Part shown: positions 54,686-64,000 of the stretch, one piece after another
Position numbering within the stretch: position 1 is the stretch's first letter
Layout: every line of letters begins with the position of its first letter
DNA from: Bigelowiella natans CCMP2755
Taxonomy: Eukaryota; Protista; Cercozoa
NCBI GenBank assembly: GCA_000320545.1
Contig: ADNK01000048.1
Span: 1 to 64,000, forward strand
DNA: 64,000 bases
Direction: 5' to 3'
Program-made: the position numbers and the translations under genes
The notes under the pieces: generated by a model
Database searches by the model: none
The model's input: the letters and a program-made list of their open reading frames with translations, nothing else
What the model was told of the DNA's origin: nothing

Positions 54686-55224
54686 CTGGTTTCTTCTTAC
54701 CGTGCGAAGGAAGAAGATATGTGTGCTCGGTAGGCTACCAATAGTCAATTTCGGAAGTAAAAGCTTGCCATTTTGATCCTGCGTCTGTAGACTTTGTAAG
54801 AAAACGAGGAGAAATGCTCCCTCCCTCCCTATCTATGAAGTTTCGAGGACGAATTTCTGTCTAAGCATCCTCCTTGTCATCGGCAACCATCCTCATGCGG
54901 TCTCCCCCTGCCGTCATGGTTCAGACGACCTAAAATGAAGAAAATCCAGCCGGTTTTCTCTGATATGCGGCCGGGCCAGTGGAGGCGAAGAGAGGGAATA
55001 TGCTGTAGGTAGTTCCCGGCTTAATTTTCGGCCCAAAATCTCTCGTTAAAGACGGAATTTTCCCGCGCAGAAACGTCGTAGCTTGCGCCACTGTTGCCCG
55101 AGGAGGGGAGGGAGAACGCGAAGCACGGACGAATAGAAAGAGGACGGTTCCAGAAGCCCAGGAAGAGGACAAGGAAGACAGACTGAAAACGCGCTATTAG
55201 GAGGACAAGAAAGGAAACAGTGCA

Positions 55225-56275
55225 ATGGCTTCCAAGGTACCCTCATTTTTTGTTTGTTTCGTTTAAGTTGATGGGCTAGCCGTTGATATTGAACCTTACC
55301 CATTGCTCACTTAAATACTGATTATTGTACCTTTTCTCTTTCAAGCCGAAAGCATCGGGAGCTGGAGTCTACAACAAACGTATCTCCGGCACAGGCCAAG
55401 GCGCGGTCATTACCAGATCCAATGGAGAGACCGTTAAGCAAGCAACAGACGAGGAAGCGCAGCTACGGGTAGGTGGTGCCACACCATTGGTGTTGTGTTT
55501 CTTTTCTGGCAACGAATCTTCCAAGCCTGGCGCACTTATTTTAAACAGAGAAGTGCACTGTTGATAATTTTCCAAAGTAAACATTTCATCGGTGGGTGGA
55601 TGAGTGTCGTCTGTATTTTCGAGGGCCAAATTCTCTTCTCTATCGCTGTTTCGCGACAAACGTAAAGAAAGTTTAATGATGTTCATCAGGCAAACGAGTT
55701 GTTGGAAAGTCTGAATAATAGCAACAAGCGACTCACGTTAGAAGAGTTTGTTAAGAAGCACAAAGACACAATGGACGATATAAACATAGCGGACAACGAG
55801 GAATCTCGCATGCAATACAGAAAGCAGTTGGATGCTGAACGAAGAAAGAGGGTGAACACAAATGCTAATGCACTAAAGATAATGCAAAGTAAATTGAGCT
55901 CAAAGGTCGTCAATATTTTGGTAGATGAAACAAATTAAGAAGAGGAAGAAAGAGGAGGAGAAGGCAAAGAAATCCAAAAAGAAAAAGGTAACATGTCTAA
56001 CGAAGCAGTATCTGGTTCTGGTCTAATCTCTCGCTCCTTCTATGCAGAAAAAAGAAAAGAAAAAGAAAAAGAAGAAGGAGAAGAAAAAGAGAAAGAAAAA
56101 AGAAAAGGATTCCGCTGATGATGACGACTCAGATTCGAACTCAGAGGTTCAAGAGCACTTTTATACTATTATCGGAGCATATCTCAGTGGTTGATCGATA
56201 CTTTTTTTTCCACAGGACAGCGATGATGCACCTCAAAGGAAGAAGCAACGAAAAGAAGAACAAAAAAAATCTTAA
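55225..56275 (+). CDS. FAM133-like Lys-rich nuclear protein
   Basis: Spliced MASK|PKASG..; KRLTLEEFVKKHK..MQYRKQLDAERRK resembles the FAM133 core (RPTWEE..K..ELEK.R); poly-K/E tail. Confidence 0.55.
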
Positions 56276-56881
56276 CCTTAATGAGGACGCTGCCATCACC
56301 ACACTCGATGTAAGATAGCTTGAATAATACTGAACCCATGCTGAAGCAGCAACACCATTATGTCATTGATTAACAACGAACGGACCTATTGAGCCTGTGT
56401 TCTCCAATAATAATTACTGAATCGGCAAGCGCCAAACTCGGTTATGTTCATCCTAGATGTTATTAGCTATAGCATTTCTATATATAAGTGCTTCGAGGCA
56501 GACTGCGCCATATCACTACTAGCTTGAAGACATCTATGTGCGTGACGACCGCCATACAATGCACACGATTACAGCAGCAACAGCTAGCATGAAGCTACGT
56601 CTCCCAGCGCTGTAACTGAGACGTCTAACTGATCATTTCGTATTGCATTGCGTGCCATATTAAGCGGCGGTCAGATGTCTAGCTAGCTAGCTAGCTAAAG
56701 AGCTAAGGTCATATGGTACATGGCGCATTGCGCTGGCACGTATACTGCGTGACTATGTATTATACACTTGAGTTGTCAGATCCTTATGTGAATATCGTTG
56801 ATGTCATTGCATGACTAAGCAATAAAATCAACAATCACCGATACAGCCACATCACATATATTATGAGTATGCATAATTTTT

Positions 56882-59107
56882 TTAGTCTGTCTTCTTGGAA
56901 TCCACGTTCGGCCTTCCATCCATCAGATTTCCAATCTCCTTTCCCTATGCACCGGATGAACACAGAGGCTGGCATGAGAATACATATGATAAAGACAGCT
57001 CCTATATTATCACAGAACCATCATTCATTTATGTATCCTCATATGTAATAACCTGAAGTTTAATGTTCAAGTTTGCTCGAGGGCCCCACCAGCATGTACG
57101 GAGGCGCTTCTTGATGAGATCCTGGTAAGGAATTGATGACAACGGAATTGATATATACTACTAATCATCATCTATGGCAGGTAGTGCACCAAAATCTCTC
57201 GTACCTTTTTCTCATCATGGGAGAGCTTATCCTTTGGATCGTAGAATTTCTCCGCCATTTGGTCGTATTCCCTGAATCATGTCAAGCGAGAATTTTCTTA
57301 GTCATACTGTTACTTTCACAGTGCAAAATGACCAGTTGGACTGTGTGTGCGTGGGCATGCTGTGATATTCTAGGATGAACGAGGGAACGGTTTACTATCA
57401 GTCACGCCGCCTCGACCCAATCTATGGTAAACACAGTCTCTAATCTCATCTCTCGTGGATTTCATAGCTAAAATCTTGGGTAGTTGCTGAAAATCGCGTC
57501 CGACCTAAGTATGATGAGGAAGAACATCTCGAACGCATGCGTGTTGCGGAACATTGTGGCCACCTGACGAGAGAAGAAAGTAGAGGGGAATATAATTATG
57601 CTTTACACAGCTCCTGGACGATCGATACCAGGCCCCTCGACGACGTTATCGTGACAGAATGCAGTATAGCAAGCGAGAAATACGTGTGCAAAATTAAACA
57701 TCGAACGCGTTTTTTGTATTTTCTATTTCGTAGAAACTAATTCCAGGAACGATAAAATTATGAACAGGATTGAATCGGAAAAAGGCCAGCCCCAAAGTCC
57801 TCCAATGTAGTAGCACCACGCACATACATGGTCCGCATATTCTCCGGATTTCTCGTGCTTTTTATACAAATCTGGATGTTTGGTCCAGTGAGCCCCAGGA
57901 TACTGATGGTGAACGACCTGAATACCACCAGCAGCACAGCTAAAGTCACCACGCTTGAGTCATGTTGGCAGATAAATGGTTACAGTTGCAACCCTAAAAA
58001 ATGGGCAACAGTTAGGGTGTTTTTATGTCCTGTATGATGGAAGTTTTCGGATTCATTGCTTTGCGTGGCTCGAATTTCCCTCCTCTTATAAGTTTCCACT
58101 TAACGAGTTCTCGTTTAGAAGAGAATTGGGGGGAAAGTAGGGTGGGAGAGGGGGGAGGATCTTACGTGGTAGTCTTCATGCAATACGTTGATGGGTCCGT
58201 CAAAGATCGTGATAGAGCCGACGTATCTGCACCATCAACATTCTTTAAAGAGAATCAACGACGAAAACTTCATCATCGTCGTCATCATCATGATCATCAT
58301 CATCTTTCAGAATCATTTTATCATCACTACCACGAAAACGTTTGACAACTACTGCAACTACAACTACAACTACTACTACTACTACTACTACTACTCCTCC
58401 TACTACGCACTCGTCCTCAGGGTCATCGGGACTAAGGAACGCATGCCAGCACCAATTGACGCAGGCAAGCAACAACACATTCTCGCCCATGGGGAAGAGA
58501 ACAAACCTGGCAAACAACAACAAACGCAACAACGTGAGGCTCTCAATGGCGTGGAGATTCGAACAGATATCTTATCGAACATCTCGTTTGTTTGCTGCAT
58601 ACCAGAAGGCGAACGTCGGACTCAGGAAGCTCACGAGGCACGCGAACGAAACAAAGTACAACGACCCTAACGTGTTGAAGCATAATCAGCCTACAAGAGG
58701 GGGGGGAGGGTGGTCAACTCTGAAATGCCGAATTATAGATACTAACGATGTGTTTAGATCCCAGAGAGGTATATGATGATACCTGTGACCATTTTCATAG
58801 CGATTTGGAGGTTTCCTTCCTGGAGAAGGGAGGGGAGGGGAGGAAGCAGGTCATGATGAAATTGTAGACAAAATGATGCTAGAGCTTAAAACCTCCCCTT
58901 CCCACACCATTACCATCACCATGATTATCAACACCATCACGACCCCCTTCTTCATCGTTATTCTTACGTTATAGAACTGGATAGTAGTGGTGATGTTGGA
59001 AGCATAGCCGAACCATCTCGGCAGGTAGCACAAGAAATTACGGAAATTATCCCTAGGTTTGTCCGACGTCGTTACCTGATGATATTAATTCCATAAGGTC
59101 TACTATG

Positions 59108-59138
<31 letters not shown>

Positions 59139-60969
59139 TGTGTGTGAAGCTGAAATTTAAATGTTGCGAATGGGAGAGAAATCGTATGCGAAAGTGGCTC
59201 GAATGCGACGGGCAAATGGTCGCGCGGAGATAATGTAAAGCGACGTACCACATCATGAGGGCCGTTGTTGTATTTGTGGTGGTTGATGCTGTGCCCGTAC
59301 GCAAAGGAAGAGGGAAGGACCTGACGTAAAAGTTTATAAATGATACAACGATAATGTTATTGCTTGACAGCGAACATATTCCCTATGACAGGGGTCCGTG
59401 CTACTTATGATAATTGTTTTTCGCTCTGTGTTAGCAGCTCGATTCCAAAGGGAAGGCTACGAGCACGCGCACGTAGGTACCCCGTAGAACAAGCCAATCC
59501 ACCAATTGAAAATGTTATTCAGAAACCTACATGCACAGAAAAGTAGCATTAGTGCCTATCAAAGTATCATTGGTATTCATCAACGTTGTTGGCCACATCC
59601 TATTGGATATTACTGTATTATCAAGTGTTGTTTCTTCTCCGTGTTAGTATACCATACAAACACACACTCAGACACACACGCAAACTACTTGTATTGCGGT
59701 CGCCAAAGGCCGAGGCGTGTATGTCCCTCCTAATGTATGGAAATACACTCATAATTGCCTTCTACAATAAACATTAATCGGTGCCGAAGAAGCCTACTTT
59801 GTGGCAGAGCGTGTACACGTAAGCGAAGTTCATGAAGTATGGGCCAATACGGAACACGTGATACCTGCCACAATCCCGAGTTTTAGTGTCACAATGAAAG
59901 TCTCATTAAGAAAATATATGACTCACGCGAAGCACAGAAGGGGAGAAAATCCATGTGTAACTGTAGAATAGAGGCAGTAGAGCCAGCATGACGGGACAAC
60001 AACCCCTAGCAGTATCACAGTGTTCACCTAATATGTTAAGGAACATGCATTCTTGAGTTATAAATATAGCGCATGAATCTCAGTTTCTAATTGCCGCACC
60101 ATATAAGAGTCTTCGCTGTTCTTTACAAACTTCTTGTTGAAATCCTGGTCGCATTTATTGATGATTATCTATCAGCTGCTGAATTTTATAAATTTCGAAT
60201 CAAAACTTCCCCCCATCTTTCTTAAACCGACATGAGTGAGGTCATTGAACTTTGTTGCCGAAGTCATGAGGATGCCATCCAAGGGCCTACCCATGAAGCC
60301 ACTGTATAGTAGAGAGATGCATAGGCGTCACGTTCTTTACCAAAACTCCTGACTTGAAAGCATTGAAGACATGATATCGTTTACCGATCCAAAGCATCCC
60401 AAAGCACAGCGACGCCCACAACAGTCCCCACGAACGGTAGCAATACGACTACCATCATACTCCCAACAACCAGTGATACCTTTAAGATTTATCATCCTCG
60501 TTATCATAGGAACCTTGGTTGGAAGGGTGAATACGTTCTTACCTTCTCGTACCATAGCAGCTGGTCAGGAGGGATCTTGGACTTCACGGCTGATTTTTGG
60601 TTAAGTTTGGCCAAGCCTGATTAAAGCATTCAGAGATAATGAAGGGCGTCATTTAAGAATTGTTGCGCCTTCCCCGATGCACATTCCACGGAAAGAGTCT
60701 TATTCATCGCAAAGATACATTGTTTGGACGAGGCCTCTTTGGCACCATCGCCATTACCTACCACCACCATTATCACGCATCCTAATCACCACAGATATCC
60801 CGCCGTAACACACCTTTCGACGGTTGGGGGGCCATGATACGCAGCGGAGGTAACTCTTGTCCGATTCGGAGGTGGAGGGCGAGTTGCCAGAAGAACCGTT
60901 CCGATTAAATAATGCCCAGCATGTGACGGGACGAAATACTCCAGATTTATTTGCTTGCGTCAAGCCCAT
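56882..60969 (-). CDS. Membrane fatty acid desaturase-family protein, about 20 exons; start tentative
   Basis: Three His boxes recovered across splice junctions: YTLCHK|EGH, YGHSINHHKYNNG and EDYH|VVHHQYPGAHW. Also VNWCWHAF and several TM segments. Exons colinear. Confidence 0.85.
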
Positions 60970-61064
60970 GTCGGTGTCGCACGTGTAGAATTCCGGAACG
61001 CTCCTCAACCCATTACGACCCTGTGCAAGAGCCCCGGATGATTACGGAAAAATATCGGGTACCG

Positions 61065-63535
61065 ATGGCAAGTTCGTTCTCGAGGTTGGGGGAGATTCGG
61101 AGAGATTCGTGGGTTTTCTCCAATCCCCCTTTTTCTTCTCCGTCTGGGAAAAGGCTACGTCGACGTCGTGTCGCCGAGCCCGAACGCATTCGGAAAGCAT
61201 CGAAGACTCCGGTGCAGTTAGAATAGGAATAACCGGCGAAACATCGTAATGAGACTGAACTACCGGTACGTCGACAGAAAAGACTCTCACACTAATTGCT
61301 TCCTGCCCAGCCCCTACCGATCGGCAAGTGGCCATTTGCTCCTATGGCTTCGTCTGAGCTTTAGTAGTTCTTGTGCATCTCTGCTACTGCTAGTGCTACT
61401 GCTAGTGCTACTGCTGCTGCTGCTGCTCCCGTGTGAGGACTTCAGTGCGTTCCCGTCAGTTGCAACAAGCAGCTGCCCTCAGCTTGGTTGGAGATAAGAT
61501 GTTGAGAAAGAAATTCTTCTGGAGCATATCACGGAGATTCGACACCTCATTTGCACTGAATGGTCGTCGGATACTACGCCTCAAAAGATTAAAGTCCGAT
61601 AAGAATGAAAGAGCTTCACAAGAAGTGAAGGTCAAAACGACATGGCAGAATATTGTCATTATGTGTTAGGATTGAATCGAGATTGAATCGCTATTACTCG
61701 ATGAACAGATAATGAATAGAGGGCCTACGCACTGGCCTGGGGGTATGTACAACAATTGGGAAAGAGCTTGGATTAATGTCTCCAAAGGGTATTTGACGAT
61801 TCACTCTCTGATCTCACCCCCAAATCCTAAGAAATTATTAAATCAGAGGCGGCAATTTTCGGCAATGGATGATACAAAAGAGACGTTTCAGTGCTTTTGG
61901 ATACGGTTCTGAGCATCATATGTTTGTTAACGGAGCGACGGTGTATCATTCTGACGTATATTTATATATTCCATGTTCTTCTACCATGTTCTTCTACCAC
62001 TGTTTCAGAAGTTGAGATGTCAGCTTCGGAGATATGTGGACACGCATCCTTCGGCATGCTGGCAATCTCGTAATGCCTTAAGCATACTCAATAAAAGTGT
62101 ATAGTGAGAATACCTAGCTGAAATTCGCTCTTTGATTTCCTAGATATGCCGAGTCGGACATGTTGGCATTACGCGCTTTTGCTATAGCATCAATAGGATC
62201 GATGATGGCTTTCAACTACTGGCACCCAGGCACGTTCCTCGTCTAACATTATCTTCTCTAGAGCCTTCATTTACGAGAGATGCATACTCTCTCTCTCTGT
62301 CTGTCTGTCTCTTCCAGTGGGATTTCCTCTTTGGCTGCCTTTCCGATGGAACGCACTGTTTCTGGCCATCAATCTGCTATGGGTGAAAATACTCACATCC
62401 TGCAAACTAACTTCAATTCGATAAGACTGATGCCGCCGCTGATGCTGCTCTTCTCTAATAGGTAGGCGACCTATACTACAAGAGTCGTATGTCGTGGATC
62501 GATTCCAAGGTTGTAATAAGTTGCCGCCATTACCCCCGCTGCGCCTCCTGCCTTCCTCATGGAACATCTCCTCCTCCTCATGGTACTTTATTTTCTTATT
62601 CAGGTAAATCTGGATGAGGTTCACAGGCATGTGTTTCCCAGTCTACAGAAAACGGACTTTGCCAGCCTAATGAAAACCGCGGTGTCCGAGGAATACACGA
62701 AAGGAACTGAGCTGACGAAGGTGTTGAGAGTAGCGTCAATTCCGTCAAAATAAGTTTTATTTCCCGATTCGATCGTGGAACATTTGAGTGGGTTGCCTTA
62801 TTACAAACCTTCTGCATGCCTCTTGCTCTCCCTGTGCAGGAAAATGCGCTGAACGACAAGGTGTTCTTGATCGTGAACGGCAAAGTCACAGTCACAAAGG
62901 GGGGGAAACCGCTGTATAATCTAACCACGTGTCAGTTTGTGGTGAGCAATCAATTCAATAACGCAGAACTCTTATTGATATGAAAGCAATGCTATTTATT
63001 ATTATTATCATCATCATCATCATCATCCTCCTCATTGACGTCGTCGTCGTCATCATCATCATCCTTATATTCGTCATCACCATCATTCCTCATATGCCTC
63101 GATATGAGCGGTAGCATATCACCATCTACGATATGATTGGAGTTTCTTCTTTCTGTTGCCTGCTCCACATTGTTCTTCTTTTTGCTGCAGGGCACTCTCG
63201 GTGTGCACACTTCACTGTACATCGACAAATCGATGTCTTCTACCGAGGTCATTTGTCATTTTTTTAACCATGAGAGCTGCGGATCTCATTTTGTTTGCAT
63301 AAAAAGAATCAGTCTAAAATGATGTTTGATCTTGGTCTTCTCTTCCTTTATTTGTCCTTCTTCGCCTATCCGACCTCCTTGTTGCTGACAGGTTACCTCT
63401 CGCACATTGCGTTGCCTTGTGTGGAGCAAAGATGACTTGGTTCGAGCATTATTACTTTTACTACTACTACTACTAGATTGTACGATAGTCTAGGTAGCAA
63501 TGGAATACATTTTTGTATATGCCATATATACGCAT

Positions 63536-63600
<65 letters not shown>

Positions 63601-64000
63601 AGGGAGAGAGAGAGAGAGAGAGACACGATACTTCAATAAGTATAAAATATAAGCCACTTTCCTTCTGGACCGCCAGGCACGAGCAGTGGAAGGAAATTCT
63701 AGGCTGTTGGCAGCCGTTGATGCCGCTCTAAGCATCGATGAGCTTCGGAAGACCTTCGCAGCAGCCGACCCCGCCCAACATGTAGGCAAAGTGCAGAGTT
63801 TCTGTTTTTGTACTTTTCGCGAAGCTTGTTATGTGTGGAAAATACCGATTAAATTGTTGCCTGCCATGCTGCGAAGAGAGCTATATCGACGTCCCATAAC
63901 AATGACCACTGGTGACGTTCTGAAAGATGTTTCTTTCTTTCCTCTTTCTTTTCTTCCAATGGTGATCCTCATCATCATCATCGTCGTCGTCGTCGTCGTC
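61065..64000 (+). CDS. Popeye-domain-like membrane protein with cyclic-nucleotide-binding fold; 3' end beyond window, start tentative
   Basis: CGHASFGMLAIS|YAESDMLALRAFAIASIGSMMAFNYWHP|VGFPLWLPFRWNALFLAINLLW, then VFPSLQKTDFASLM..ELTK|ENALNDKVFLIVNGKVTVTKGG..LYNL..QFV|G..LRCLVWSKDDL. One junction needs a GC donor at about 62230. Confidence 0.75.

Overview
Gene-dense, intron-rich eukaryotic nuclear DNA with many short GT-AG introns and many intronic microsatellites. A fibrillin carrying a signal-plus-transit-peptide-like leader and two ciliary genes suggest a flagellated alga with a secondary plastid (chlorarachniophyte-like; inference only). I manually spliced about 18 protein genes, which alternate strand almost perfectly: NOP2/Sun-like fragment, CFAP57, SRPK, a 9-exon nickel superoxide dismutase missed by the ORF track, plastid fibrillin, an SH3b-like protein, PA2G4/EBP1, an unknown protein, a PG-rich-repeat ciliary protein, a U-box membrane protein, an RRM-RGG protein, a mucin/IPT surface protein, a thioredoxin-ectodomain receptor-like kinase, FAN1, ACAD10/11, a FAM133-like protein, a fatty acid desaturase and a Popeye-like cNMP protein. 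The most striking signal is that two adjacent genes (the kinase and FAN1, about 40-49 kb) have intact, correctly phased exons lying out of their protein order, with very short GT..AG remnants at some junctions. This could be non-colinear splicing, DNA scrambling, decay or mis-assembly. Other highlights are the NiSOD with an organelle-type presequence, the CXXC-ectodomain receptor kinase, and a ~90-bp dispersed hairpin repeat found only between convergent genes. Family assignments come from remembered motifs, not database searches.
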